Shown here: positions 40,321 through 52,060 of the stretch, one piece after another
Position numbering within the stretch: the stretch's first letter is position 1
How the letters are laid out: every line of letters starts with the position of its first letter
Assembly: GCA_963704125.1 (NCBI GenBank)
Contig: CAVPHA010000015.1
Span: 34,587-98,586 of the forward strand
Direction: 5' to 3'
From: an uncultured Acidobacteriota bacterium
Lineage (GTDB): Bacteria; Acidobacteriota; Thermoanaerobaculia; Thermoanaerobaculales; Sulfomarinibacteraceae
Length of the DNA: 64,000 bases
The notes under the pieces: generated by a model
Database searches by the model: none
The model's input: the letters and a program-made list of their open reading frames with translations, nothing else
Told to the model about the DNA's origin: nothing
Program-made: the position numbers and the translations under genes

Positions 40321-41958
40321 TCAGGTCTGCAGCACACCGACCTTGAAGGGTGCGATCTCGGGCTGGTGAGCCGCCGCCTCGAGGCTGCGGATGATGACCT
40401 CGCGGGTGCGTCTCGGATCGATGATCTCGTCGACCCACAGCCGCGCCGCGGCGTAGCGCGGTCGGTGGCCGCGTCGTAACGCGCCTGGATCTCGGCCAGA
40501 CGCTCGGCCCTCTCCTCGTCGGATGACCTCGTCGCCGCGGTTCTTGAGCTGGATGGCGAGCAGGGTCTTCGACGCCTGCTGGCCGCCCATGACCGAGATC
40601 GACGCCGACGGCCAGGCGTAGTAGAAACGGGCGCCGTAGGCGCGGCCGCAGAGGGCGTAGTTCCCGGCGCCGAAGGAGTTCCCGACAAAGACGGTGATCT
40701 TCGGCACCACCGAGTTCGCGACCACGTTGACCAGCTTCGCGCCGTCCTTGATGATGCCCTCGCGCTCGGACTTGGAGCCCACCATGAAACCGGTCACATC
40801 CTGGAGAAAGACCAGCGGGATCCCCTTCTGGTTCATGAGTTCGACAAACCGCGCCCCCTTGTCGGCGGAGTCGGAGTAGATCACGCCGCCGATCTGCATC
40901 TCCCGTTCGCTCTTCTCGAGGCCCCGCCGACGATGGACGATCTGCCGATCGTTGGCGACGATCCCGACCGCCCAGCCGCCGATCCGGCCGGTGCCGCAGA
41001 TCATGGTCCGCCCGTAGGTCGCCTTGTACTCGGTGAACTCGGAACCGTCGAGGATCCGACCGAGCAGATCGTGGGTGCTGTAGGGTCGCGACCGATCCAC
41101 CGGCATGAGACCGAGGAGCTCCTCGGGATCGGCCAGCGGCGGCCGCTCCTCGATCCGGTCGAAAGGCGCCATGGCGGGACGCGCCAGCTCGCCGATCCGC
41201 GCGCGGATGTGGTCGATGGCGGCGAGGTCGTCGGGGAACCGATCATCGACCACCCCGGAGATGTCGACCTGGACCTCGGCGCCACCGAGGTCCTGGTTGT
41301 CCTTCTTCTCACCGATGGCGGCGGCGACCAGGTGCGACCCGGCGAGGAAGATGGTCCCGGTCCCTTCGACGATGAGCGCCTCGTCGGACATGATCGGGCA
41401 GGTAGGCGCCGCCGGCGACGCAGGAACCCATGATGGCCGAGATCTGGTAGATGCCCTCGGCCGACAGCCGGGCGTTGTTGTAGAAGACCCGCCCGAAGTG
41501 ATCGCGATCGGGGAAGATCTCGTCCTGCATGGGCAGAAAAACACCCGCCGAGTCGACGAGATAGATGATCGGCAGTCGGTTCTCCAGGGAGAAATCCTGC
41601 GCCCGGAGGATCTTCTTGCAGGTCAGGGGAAACCACGCCCCGGCCTTGACCGTCGCATCGTTGGCGACGATGACGCACTCGCGGCCGCTGACCCGTGCCG
41701 AGCCCGGTGACGACCCCCGCCGCCGGCGCGCCGCCCCACTCCTCGTAGATCTCCCAGGCGGTGAAGGTCCCGAGCTCGAGGAATTCCGACCCGTCATCGA
41801 TGAGCGCCGCGACCCGTCTCCCGAGCGAGGAGTTTGCCCGTTTTCGCTGTCTCGCGGCGGCCTTTTCACCACCACCGGCGGCGATGGTCGCGCCGCTGCG
41901 CCTCGATGATCCGCAGCTCGTTCAGCCAGTGATCCCGATTCGCCTCGTAGGCCGACAT
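40321..41958 (-). CDS. Acyl-CoA carboxylase carboxyltransferase (beta) subunit, methylcrotonyl-/propionyl-CoA carboxylase family, about 5 frame interruptions
   Basis: ATG 41958: [90 protein letters not shown]...[28 protein letters not shown]...[14 protein letters not shown]. Confidence 0.85.
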
Positions 41959-42041
41959 CGTGTCGCGCTTCGCGGTTCAGCAACTTCGGCATTCACCACC
42001 TCATTCGAGAGCGTTCTAGGGAGCCATTGTAGACCTTCTCT

Positions 42042-42266
42042 CCCGTGCCCGTTTCCGTGCCCGTGCCCGTACCCGAAAAGTGCTCGCGATCGGTAGCGCC
42101 GCCAATCGTGATCAGCAACCGTGACCGTGGCCGTGACGCTGCTCATCCTCGGTCCCGGTGTCCCTTGTAGCACCGGCGTCTGGGCCGCCCCTGGCGCCCC
42201 GGCGTCGCGTGAACAGCGCGATCGCCGCCGCTGCTCCTGACGCCGATCACGGATCACGGATTACGT
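42042..42266. repeat. Composite low-complexity element E8: (CCGTGC)n hexamer array plus inverted CGTGAC / GATCACG arrays
   Basis: 42042-42074: ccgtgc ccgttt ccgtgc ccgtgc ccgtac (reverse complement of the 16614 array). 42103-42140: cgtgatc..cgtgac cgtggc cgtgac. 42245-42265: gatcacg gatcacg gattacg. Confidence 0.5.
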
Positions 42267-42323
42267 CCCCCTCCCGCCGGAGTGTTACACTCCCCAAGCG
42301 ATGTTTCCGGGGGGGCCAGGGCG

Positions 42324-43255
42324 ATGGCGAAGATCAAGGTACGGCGAACCAATCGAGAAGAGCTTCCCGGTCTCGCCGTGCTCCGCGACGCCGTCGCCGC
42401 CGAGCTCGACGGCCTTCCCGAGCCACCGCGGCATGCTCGATCTCGACATGGAGCTCGACCCCGATCTCACCCACCTCATCACCCACGACCCGGACGGCTT
42501 TCAGACCGCCGAGGACAAGGACGAGACCGTCGGGTTCGCCGCCGGCCACGTCCGGTCGCGCCAGTGCGTGATCTCCGAGATGTGGGTGCTGCCGCAGCAC
42601 CGCGGCCGCGGCGCCGGCGAGGCCCTGATGCAAGCGGATGCTGACCTACGGCGAGCGCTCCGGCGCCCGCGAGTTCCTCACCGTCGTTCCCACCGAGGGG
42701 GTCGCCCAGAGCCTGCTTCTGCGCCATGGTTTCCGGCCCGTGGCGCCGGTGTATCAACTGACGATCCAGCCCACCGATGGCGCCGCGCCTCGGCCACGCC
42801 CTGTCGCGGCTGATGGATGGACGCGACGTCACCACCGATCTCTTCAACCGTCGCGGCCAGGCCGATCTCGATCGCATCGACAAGCTCAACCGCAACATCG
42901 TCCGCGATGTCGACCATCAGTACTGGCTCAAACAGCGCGGCCACCACGCCGCCTTCGTCCGCCAGGGCGAGCGCATCGCCGCCTACGCCTATGGCGGCCG
43001 CGACCAGGTCGGACCCGTCGCCGGCACCACCCGGGAAGCCGCGATCTGCGCCCTCGGTTGGGCGATCAATCTCGCCAGCGAAGCCGCGGAGCGAGGACGC
43101 CGTCCTCACGGTGCGGATCCCGGCGCCGTTTCACGAGGCGGTCGACGCCATCCTGGACGCCGGGCTGCCGTCTCGAGGCCACCCTGATGATCTACGGGCG
43201 GGATCTCAAGCTGGCCTTCGACCGCTCCACCCTCGGCCACGTCGCCCTGCCATGA
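42324..43255 (+). CDS. GNAT-family N-acetyltransferase (apparently two acyl-CoA N-acyltransferase halves), about 5 frame interruptions
   Basis: MAKIKVRRTNREELPGLAVLRDAV...; VGFAAGHVRSRQCVISEMWVLPQHRGRGAGEALM (motif A Q/R-x-x-G-x-G/A); ...SLLLRHGFRPV; second half ...FVRQGERIAAYAYGGRDQVGPVAG. Stitched from three frames. Confidence 0.65.
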
Positions 43256-45315
43256 GCGACGACATCCGCCCGGCGAACCGGACGGAGCTCACGCGACCGT
43301 CGCCGGGTCGACTACGCCCACGATCTCAATGAACAGCAGTACGCGGCGGTCATGCACCCGGGCGGGCCCATGCTCGTGCTCGCCGGCGCCGGCACCGGCA
43401 AGACCCGGACCCTGGTCTACCGCGCCGGCCGGCTCATCGAAGACGGGGTCCCGCCCGGGCAGATCCTGCTGCTGACCTTCACCAACAAGGCGGCCCGCGA
43501 GATGCTCGATCGGGTCGGTCAACTGCTCGAGCGCGACACCGCGCGGGTCCACGGCGGGACCTTCCACTCGGCCGGCCACCGGATCCTCCGGCGCTACGCC
43601 GAAGCAGGTCGGCTACACCCCGCGGTTCAGCATTCTCGACCGCGAGGACGCCGGCGATCTCATGGGCCACGCCCTGGCCGACGTCTCACCCGAGGTCCCC
43701 GAGCGGCGGCTGCCCCGACCGCGCCTGCTCGTCGATCTCTACAGCTTCGTCATCAACACCGGCCACGAGCTCGAGGACGTGCTGCTCGAGCGCGCGCCCC
43801 AGTTCTACGACCAGGCCGAGATCATCGCCGCCATCTTCAAGCGCTATCTCGAACGCAAACGCAACGCCGATCTCATGGACTTCGACGATCTGCTGCTCAA
43901 CTGGCTGCTGCTGCTCAAGCGCTACCCCGATGTCCGGCGCCGGCTCGCCGCGAGCTACACCCACATCCTGGTCGACGAGTACCAGGACACCAACCGGCTC
44001 CAGGCCGACATCGTCGACGCCATGCTCGGACCCGAGCGCAACGTCATGGTCGTCGGCGACGACGCCCAGTCCATCTACGCCTTCCGCGGCGCCGACTTCG
44101 ACAACATCCTGAGCTTCCCCGAGCGCCACCAGGGCTGCACCGTCTTCCGCCTCGAGACCAACTACCGGTCGACGCCGCCGATCCTCGCCCTCGCCAACGC
44201 CTCCATCGTGCACAACGAGCGCCAGTTCAAGAAGGAGCTCCGATCGATCCGCAACGACGGAGAGACGCCCGCCGAGGTCGTGCGTCCCCAGCCCCGAGCT
44301 CCAGGCCTCCTGGATCGCCGACACCGTCCTCGAGCTGCGCGAGGAGGGCGTCGAGCTCGAGGAGATGGCCGTGCTCTACCGCAACCACTCGCACTCCTTC
44401 GATCTCCAGGTCGAGCTGACCCGGCGCAACATCCCGTTCCAGGTCCGCTCCGGTCTGCGGTTCTTCGAACACCGACACGTCAAGGATGTCCTCGCCCACC
44501 TGCGGTTCGTCGACAACCCACGCGACGAGATCTCCTTCGCCCGGCTCATGAAGCTCCGCTCCGGTTTCGGACCGCGACTCACCGCCCGGCTCTGGCAGGC
44601 CATGGCCGGCGCCAACCCGTTCGAGCGCCTGCTCCACCTCGACCCCGCCACCGTCGATCTGCCGAAGACCGCCCGGATCTCGCTGACCGTCGCCCGGACC
44701 CTGCTCGGCGAACTGGCCGAACCGAAGCTCCTCGGTCAACCCGGCGAGGCGATCCGGCTCGTCGTGTCCGAGTTCTAACGCGACTGGGCGCGGGGCAATC
44801 TCGAGAACGCCGGCAACCGGCTCGAGGACATCGAACAGCTCGCGCTCTTTGCCGACGGCTATCCCGACATGGTGACCTTTCTCGCCGAGATCACGCTGCT
44901 CAACGATCTCTCGGGCGAGGACTCCGTCGGCGGCCCGACCGACGAGGTCCTGACGCTCTCGAGCACCCACCAGGCCAAGGGTCTCGAGTGGCGGGCGGTC
45001 TTTGTCATCTGGCTCGCCGAGGGCCGCTTCCCCAGCGCCCGGGCCGAGGACATCGAGGAGGAGCGGCGGCTCTTCTATGTCGCCGTGACCCGCGCCCGCG
45101 ACCGGCTCTGTCTCCTGCGACCCGAGCTCGCCCGCGACCGCTACCGGGTCGATGTCCTGCTCGATCCCTCGCGCTTCCTCAGCGAGCTGCCCGAGGACGT
45201 CAGGGAGCGGGTGGTGGTCGCCGAAGAGCGGGAGGATGAAGACCAGGATCTCCTGCCCGCCGGCCGCTACCAGCTGCCGGGGTTTCTCGATGATCCCGAG
45301 GACGAGGTGAATTGA
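43252..45315 (+). CDS. UvrD/PcrA/Rep-family ATP-dependent DNA helicase, about 5 frame interruptions
   Basis: ATG 43252 overlaps the upstream TGA. LNEQQYAAV...VLAGAGTGKTRTLVYR; LLLTFTNKAAREM; HILVDEYQDTNRLQ; VVGDDAQSIYAFRGA; LETNYRST; STHQAKGLEW; LFYVAVTRARDRL. Confidence 0.88.
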
Positions 45316-45514
45316 GGGACCGGTCGGCAGTGGACAGTGGCCGCGTGACACCCGATGCAGCAAGGCGCTCGGCACTTCAGATCTGTAGGGTGGGCCTGAA
45401 GCGCCACTCCAGTCGCCATCCAGTCGGAGAATACGCCACCTGGGGCTGAGCTCCCCAATCACACCGTCCTCGCCCCGACCTGAGGTTCGCAACGGCAGAT
45501 CGGCTCAGCGCCAT

Positions 45515-45580
45515 CCATGCGTGACCAAGCTTGCGTCGTTGCGTGTTCAACCCTGCGACGGTGCGATGTACCCTGCGACC
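45515..45580. repeat. Half-element of the heptad family (E9 right arm)
   Basis: ccatgcgtgacc aagcttgcg tcgttgcg tgttcaacc ctgcgacgg tgcgatg taccctgcgacc. Shares ttcaaccctgcga(t/c)gg(a/t)gcgatg with 4320-4345. The matching left arm is unclear. Confidence 0.4.
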
Positions 45581-45595
45581 AGTTACCTGATCCAC

Positions 45596-45624
45596 TTGAC
45601 ACGCCGCGGCAGATCTTTTAGTAT
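45596..45624 (+). promoter_or_regulatory. Sigma70-type promoter (TTGACA-17-TAGTAT) upstream of trxA
   Basis: -35 at 45596-45601, 17-nt spacer, -10 at 45619-45624. RBS AAGGAG lies 7 nt before ATG 45685. Confidence 0.55.
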
Positions 45625-45684
45625 ATCGCTGAATGGTTATGAGGTAACAGGCCTCAGATAGCCTCGCAACACAAGGAGTCAACC

Positions 45685-46053
45685 ATGTCAGTACAAGACT
45701 TGACCAAAGACAATTTCGAAAGCACCATTTCCGACAACGACATCGTCATCATCGACTTCTGGGCCGAGTGGTGCGGTCCGTGCAAGGCGTTCAAACCGAT
45801 CTTCCACGCCGCCGCCGACCGTCACGACGACGTGACCTTCGTCTCCTGCGACACCGAGGCCGAGACCGAGCTCGCCGGGATGTTCCAGGTCCGGTCGATC
45901 CCGACGACGGTCATCTTCCGCGAGCAGATTCCGATCTTCAGCCAGCCCGGGATGCTCCCGGCCGAGGCCCTCGACGAGATCCTCGGCAAGGTCAAGGAGC
46001 TCGATATGGACGAGGTCCGCAAGACCGTCGAGGAGCAGGCCGCACAGGCGTAA
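45685..46053 (+). CDS. trxA: Thioredoxin
   Basis: 122 codons, intact. IVIIDFWAEWCGPCKAFKPIF (WCGPC active site) and VRSIPTTVIF. Confidence 0.93.
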   Translation: MSVQDLTKDNFESTISDNDIVIIDFWAEWCGPCKAFKPIFHAAADRHDDVTFVSCDTEAETELAGMFQVRSIPTTVIFREQIPIFSQPGMLPAEALDEILGKVKELDMDEVRKTVEEQAAQA

Positions 46054-46076
46054 GCGCCACACCACACTGAACTTCG

Positions 46077-46105
46077 AGGGGCGGCCGATGCCGCCCCTTT
46101 CTTTG
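46077..46105 (+). terminator. Rho-independent terminator after trxA
   Basis: AGGGGCGG-ccgatg-CCGCCCCT stem-loop followed by TTCTTTG, 24 nt after the stop. Confidence 0.75.
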
Positions 46106-46530
46106 TGAACGTGATCGGTGAACCGTGATCCGCTCATCGGCAGCGACATCGTTCAACACAATGGGACACGGATCAACACGGATGAACGCAGATTGCACGG
46201 ATTCTTATCGAGAGTTGGATCGTGGCTATTCGCCTTCAACTTTGCATCGGCTGGATCGCCTGCTTGCAGGGCCAGGTCATTGATTTGGAAACGGATTTCA
46301 CCGATCGCTCTTCTGCACCTTCCTGATGAGTCAACACCTGGCTCCGTGAAGATCCGTCACAGATCAGAAACGACAACCTACCGGCATCCGAGCGCGACAC
46401 CACGAAGTCAGAGCTCGAACCAGAATTCGGACGCCACCCTCAAGAAAAATCCGTGTCCATCTGCGTCTCATCCGTGTCCTATTTGCGATGGTCTTGGCGT
46501 TCTTTGCGTCTTTGCGGTGAAACTGCGATG
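46105..46530. repeat. Heptad-periodic palindromic element E10 (long form with about 240-bp core)
   Basis: Left: gtgaac gtgatcg gtgaac cgtgatc...gacatcg ttcaac acaat gggacacggatcaacacggatgaacgcagattgcacggattc. Right (46446-46530): aaaaatccgtgtccatctgcgtctcatccgtgtcc tat ttgcgatg gtcttggcg ttctttgcg tctttgcg gtgaaa ctgcgatg. Confidence 0.75.
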
Positions 46531-46579
46531 GGCCCTCGCGCGCTCTTGCCCCTCCGCTCTTGCCCGGTACTGTTCCCCC

Positions 46580-48289
46580 ATGAGCGACATCTTCCGCAAT
46601 CTGCCCGACAACGTGCGCGATCTCGTCCGGCGCGCCGGCATCGATCATCGCGATCGCGGCATCACCATCTTCGACGGCCGCGGTCGAAACTCCGACCGAC
46701 GCAGCTATGCCGAAGCTACTCGAACTCGCGACCGCGGCGGCTTCCCGTTTCGACTCTCTGGGCATCGGCCCCGGCGAACCGGTGATGGTCGCCCTTCCGA
46801 CCTCCTGGGAGTGGTTGGAGGCGTGGATGGGTCTGCTCTTTCGCGGCGCCCTGCCGGTCGCGAGCTCCGGCGCCAGCGGACTCGCCGCCGCCGAGACCCA
46901 GCTCGGCAAGATCGATCAGGTCATGGGCGCCATCGGCGCCCGTCACGTCATCGCCGGCGCGGCGTTCCGCGATCAGGCCGCAGCCGGCGGATTCGACCGC
47001 GCGTCCTCGCGGCGTCATCACCCCCGAAGAGCTGCGCGCGGCCGACCCGACCCGGGCTTCGAGCCACCCGACCATCGGCGCCGACGACGTCGCCTTCCTC
47101 CAGCTCACCTCGGGTTCCACCGGACTGCCCCGGGCGGTCATGATCACCCACCGCGGCGCGGTCCACAATCCCGCCGCCAACTGTGAGAGTTCCTCCGGAC
47201 AGATGCGGCAGCCGATCCAGGACTGGGTCGAGTGCATGATCGTCCTGGCTGCCGCTCTACCACGACATGGGTCTCATCGGCTGTCTCCTGCTGCCGCTTC
47301 TGATCGGCTACGAGCTTCGAGCTGCTTCGGCCCCAGACCTTTCTCGCCCGACCCATGTTGTGGCTCCGCGAACTCGCGACCAACGGCCTCAGCTTCGCAC
47401 CGGCGCCCAACTTCGGCTATCAGCTCTGCGTCGAGAGGATCAAACCCGACCAGCTCGAGGGATGCGGATCTGTCGAACTTCAAGGTCGCCCTCACCGGCG
47501 CCGAGATGGTCCGACGCGAGACCGCCGATGCCTTTGTCGAGGCGTTCGCCCCGTTCGGATTCACCCCGGAGAGCGTTCGTGCCCTGCTACGGACTCGCCG
47601 AAGCCACCCTCGCCGTCACCTTCGACCAGGAGGGGAAAGGGGTGCGCACCCTCCCCGCCCCGGCCGGCAGCCGACGCCGGGTTCGCCATGGCCGAGGTGG
47701 TGAGCGTCGGCCGGCCGATCCGGGACACCGAGTCAAGATCGTCGCCCCCGACGGACGCCGGCTCGGGGAGGACGCCGTCGGCGAGGTCTGCATCAACGGC
47801 CCGGGGGTCTTCGCCGGGTACTACCGCGACGACGAGGCCACCGCCGAGAGTCTCGATCGACGGTTGGTATCACACCGGTGATCTCGGATTTCTCCACGAC
47901 GGCGAGCTCTATCTCACCGGCCGGATCAAGGATGTCCTCATCGTTCGCGGCCACAATCTCATGCCCGATGAGATCGAGCGCCTCGCCGATGCCGTCACCG
48001 GCGGCGGGGGTCTGATGCGCTCCGCCGCGTTTTCGGTGGCGCGCGGCGCCGCCGGCGAGGAACCGGTCCTCGTGGTCGAGAGCCGGAACCGATGATGCCG
48101 ATACTCTCGGACGCCATCGCCCGCGAGATCAAGATCGAGGTCGGCCGCGCCCTCGGCCTGCCGCTCGCCGATGTCGTCTTTGTCCGCCGCGGGCGAATCC
48201 CGAGAACGACGAGCGGCAAGATGCAGCGGGCCGAGGTCCGCAAGCGGTATATCGAGGGGACGTTGGAGGTCATCGGGGGTGAGGGGTAA
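46580..48289 (+). CDS. Fatty acyl-AMP ligase / AMP-dependent synthetase (FAAL-like), about 8 frame interruptions
   Basis: ATG 46580. AFLQLTSGSTGLPRAVMITH (AMP motif); WLPLYHDMGLIG; NFGYQLC; CYGLAEATLAV; GWYHTGDLGF; LTGRIKDVLIVRGHNLMPDEIE; RIPRTTSGKMQR. Stitched across all three frames. Confidence 0.8.
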
Positions 48290-48385
48290 AGGGTTAGGAG
48301 TTAGGAGATGAGGAAGTCGAAGACCGTTGTGACCGCCTTACCCTTACTCCTCACTCCTCACTCTTAACTCCTCACCTCCTCACCC
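48278..48385. repeat. Heptad-periodic palindromic element E11 (GTTAGGA subfamily)
   Basis: ggtgagg ggtaaag ggttagg agttagg agatgagg aag - spacer - cttaccc ttactcc tcactcc tcactct taactcc tcacctc ctcaccc. The left arm includes the last codons and TAA of the FAAL gene. Confidence 0.7.
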
Positions 48386-48427
48386 GATCGCAGCTACAAT
48401 GCCCCGCGAAGGAGAGCACACTCAGGC

Positions 48428-48670
48428 ATGAATCGCTCCGAGATCGCGATTGAGATCATCGCCCGGATCACCGGCCTGCCGCCCGAGTCCATCGTTCCCG
48501 AGATGGAGCTCGTCGCCGATCTCGACATGGACTCCGCCAAGGCCCTCGAACTCCTCGTCGAGCTCGAAGACCGGCTCGGCGTGGAGATCGACGACGACGA
48601 TGCCGCCAATCTGAACACCGTCGGCGACGTTCTCGCCACCATCGAATCCCTCGATCATCCACCCGCATGA
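48428..48670 (+). CDS. Acyl carrier protein
   Basis: 80 codons, intact. LVADLDMDSAKALELLVELEDRLGVEI contains the D-S phosphopantetheine attachment motif in the usual helix II context. Lies directly downstream of the FAAL. Confidence 0.85.
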   Translation: MNRSEIAIEIIARITGLPPESIVPEMELVADLDMDSAKALELLVELEDRLGVEIDDDDAANLNTVGDVLATIESLDHPPA

Positions 48671-48702
48671 TCGACGAGAAGCCGGCGTGAGCGCTGAGCG
48701 TC

Positions 48703-49946
48703 ATGCGACCACGCAGCGTCAACGACGTCCTCAACTGGCTGGTGGTGGTTCTCGCCTTCTCGCTGCCGCTCTACCGCGCATGGGTGAGCCTCGCCGCCAT
48801 CCTGATTCTGCTCCTGTGGTTCTTCCAGGACCGGCCTCAATGATCGCGAAGCGCAAGCTCGGACACCACCGTCTGACCCTGGCCATCCTGGTCTTTCTCG
48901 CTCTCAACCTGCGTCTCGCTCCTGTGGTCCGAGGATCCGGCCGGCGGCTTCGAGTACTGGCGCAAGTACCTCTACCTCCTTCTTGGTGCCCGGCCATCGC
49001 CTCGAGCCTGCGACCGGTCTTCGCCCGACGGCCTTCGTCGCCTTTCTCGCCGCAACCGTGTCTCGTCGGTGGCCATGATGCCCGTCGTCATCATCGGCGA
49101 CATCCACATCCGCCACATCCACCCGGACAACCCGGCCGCCACCATGTCGCATCTGGACTACAGCATGGTGCTGGCGGTCGCGGGCGTGCTGATCCTCGTC
49201 CATCTCGCCCACTCGACCATGCGGGGCGCGGCAGCGACGCTGTGGATCCTGCTCTTCGGGGTCGTCATCGGCGGCTTGTTGCTCAACATCGGCCGCAGCG
49301 GTCAGTTCGCCTTCGTCGCGACCCTGGCGGTGCTCGTCCCGTTTCTCCTGCGCCGACGCTCGTGGCTCGTCCAGGTCGCGGTCCTGGTCGTGGTCGCCAC
49401 CGCCCTGCTCGCGGCCTATCTTCGTGGTCACACCATTTCAGCCAGCGAGTCGAGACCGCCGCCGTCGAACTCCACGATGCCGTCGTCGAGCACCGGGTCG
49501 ACACCAACCAGGGCAAGCGGGTGGCGGCGATGGTCGTCGGACTCGAGATCGTTCGCGCCCACCCCGTCCTCGGGACCGGAATCGGCGGCAACATGCCCGA
49601 GTTCCGCCGCCTGCTCGAGACCGACTACCCACAGTTCAGGGATGCGGTGAGCTGGTTCCCACACTTCCACAACCAGTACATGCAGGTGACCACCGAACTC
49701 GGGCTGGTGGGGCTGCTCGTCGCTGCTGGCGATGTTTGCGGCCCTCTTCACCGGACGCTAACCGAAGCCCCGAGTTCCAGGCGGCGGCGGTGGCCGTCGG
49801 CTGCGTCTATCTCTTCGGCTTCCTCGGCGACCCGTTTCTCCACAAGCAGCTGCCGCTTGGCGCTCTTCGCCCTCGTCGCCGGGGTCATCTCGTCGAATGA
49901 CGAGGTGTTTGTGGACACGAGTTCACAGTCGACTGTCGACAGTTGA
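48703..49946 (+). CDS. O-antigen ligase / Wzy_C-family polytopic membrane protein, about 6 frame interruptions
   Basis: ATG 48703: MRPRSVNDVLNWLVVVLAFSLPLYRAWVSLAAILILLLWF. Many hydrophobic segments. GTGIGGNMPEF...FPHFHNQYMQVTTELGLVGLL matches the Wzy_C loop. The 3' end runs into repeat E12. Confidence 0.65.
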
Positions 49947-50300
49947 CAGTTGAAGTACATCGTATGGCGCGATTGGCCTGATCGGCGAGTCGGCAGCTCG
50001 AGCGACTGGCGACTTCGTACTCAGACCTTCGTGTCCTCAGCTGATTTGTCTTGAAACACGAAGAGCACGAAGTTACACAGAAGATCTCCACGAAGCATCG
50101 CAGTGTTGACCCGGACCCTACCTTGAAGCAGATTGTGAAATCTCTCCTGAATCCTTGCGATGGGTCAAGAAATGTCCTTTGTGATTTCTTCGTGGTCTTC
50201 GTGTTTCAAAGGTGCCTTGTCGGCTGCGTTTGCCGATCCACGAAGTCGTTTGCCGATCCGGCAGTGGGTACAAACAAATCACGAATCACGGATCACCGCT
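49921..50300. repeat. Heptad-periodic palindromic element E12 (nested; CACGAAG core module with AGTTGAC, GATCGGC and AATCACG flanking arrays)
   Basis: 50051-50102: ttgaaa cacgaag agcacgaag ttacacagaag atctccacgaag catcgcag. 50153-50210: ccttgcgatg...tcctttgtg atttcttcgtg gtcttcgtg tttcaaa. Flanks: 49921-49962 gttcac agtcgac tgtcgac agttgac agttgaa. 50270-50300: aatcacg aatcacg gatcacc. Confidence 0.75.
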
Positions 50301-52052
50301 CACTTTCGCGTCGCCATCCTGATCGCCTTCCAAACCTGCGGTCGCGAGGCGGCGATATTCGTCGCAGTCGCGCAGCAACTCGGCCTTGGTCCCGGCGCCG
50401 ACGATCCGTCCTCGCCTTGAGCACGAGGATCCGGTCGGCGAGATCGACGGTGGACAGCCGGTGGGCGATGATGAAGGTGATCCGGTTGCGGATGATCTCC
50501 GAGAGGGCGCGCTGGATCGCCGCCTCCGACCGGTTGTCGAGGGCCGATGTCGCCTCGTCGAGGATGAGCACGTCGGGATCGCGGTAGATGGCGCGGGCGA
50601 TGGCCAGACGCTGCCGCTGACCGCCCGAGAGATTGGCGCCGAACTCGTCGAGGATCGCATCGATGCCGCCGTCCATGGCCGAGACGAAGTCCCAGGCGCC
50701 GGCTTCGCGCAGGCGCATTCTCCACCCTCTCGCGGTCGGCATCGCGGCCGTAGGCGACGTTGCGACGCCACCGTGTCGTTGAAGATGTAGACCCGCTGGG
50801 TCACGACTCCGATGCGACAGCGGAGCTCGGCCGAGATCGAGCTCGCGGGCATCGACGCCGTTGATCCGCAGCACGCCCTCGCGTCGGGTCGTAGAACCGC
50901 AGCACCAGGTTGACCAGGGAGGTCTTCCCGCCGCCGCTGTCGCCGACCAGGGCGATGGTCTCGCCCGCCCGTGACCTCGAGGCTCGACGCCCGCGCAGGG
51001 CCCGGCACGTCGCCGTAGGACAGGTGGACATCGTCGAAGCTCGACCGAGGCGATGGGTCCGTCGATGGAGCGATCCCCCGAGTGATCTGCGGCTGCAGAT
51101 CGAGGAGGTCGAAGATCCGTTCCGACGCCGCCACGGCTTCGAACATCTGGTTCGACGCCTGGGAGATCCGTTTGATCGGGTTGTAGATGCTGAAGAGCGC
51201 CACGGTGAATCGCATGAAGTCCGCGAACTCCATCGTTCCCGGCCATGATTTCGCGACCACCGAACCAGATCACGAGCGCAGCGGCGATGGCGCCGAGGAA
51301 CTCCATGAGCGGGTTGGTGAGCTCCCGGGTTCGCACCCCCTTCATGTTGATCCGCCGAAATTCCAGGTTTTCGGCTTCGAACCGGCTCGAGCTTCGAAAT
51401 CCTCGGCGGTCTGCGCCTTGATGATCTCGATGTTGTTGAAGATCTCCGCCAGACGCGAGCCGTGATGTCCGAGTCCTTTTCCTGCGAGCGGTGCATGATC
51501 GCTTGAAGCGTTTCGCCAGGGCGGCGAGGGGCCACACCGCCAGCGGCAGGACCACCAGGCCCCAGAAGGCGAGCTTGGGGCTCGCCACGATCACGACGCA
51601 CGACGAACGCGATCGCGATCAGGCTTTCCCTGATGACCACGGCGAGCTGCTGGGTGACGGCCATCCTGATCCGGTTGATGTCGTTGGTCACCCTGCGAGA
51701 TGAGCTCGCCGCCGCGGAACCGGTTGAAGAAATCCGAGATCGAGGCTGACGATATGACCCGAGCAGCCGGTCCCGCAGACGGCGGACGATGTCGAGTCCG
51801 ACCCACTGGAGCTCGTAGACCTGGAGGTAGCGGCCGACCCCGACAAAAAAGAACAAGACCACCACGGCTGCCGGGCAGGACGCTTGATCATGAGACTGTC
51901 CGGGGCGATGAAGACTCCTTGATGACATCCTTGATCAGATACATGACGGCGCCGTAGGCCGCGGCGCCGACCAGACCGCCGATGAACGAAACGGCGATCC
52001 GACCCTTGTAGTCCTTGAGGTAGGGACCGAGTCGACGAAGGAACTGCCACAT
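50286..52052 (-). CDS. ABC transporter, fused permease/ATPase (MsbA-like lipid/polysaccharide exporter), about 8 frame interruptions
   Basis: ATG 52052: MWQFLRRLGPYLKDYKGRIAVSFIGGLVGAAAYG. Walker A GDSGGGKTSLVNLVLRFYDP. Signature/Walker B LSGGQRQRLAIARAIYRDPDVLILDEATSALD. IIAHRLSTV. Confidence 0.8.
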
Positions 52053-52060
52053 GCCCGGTC

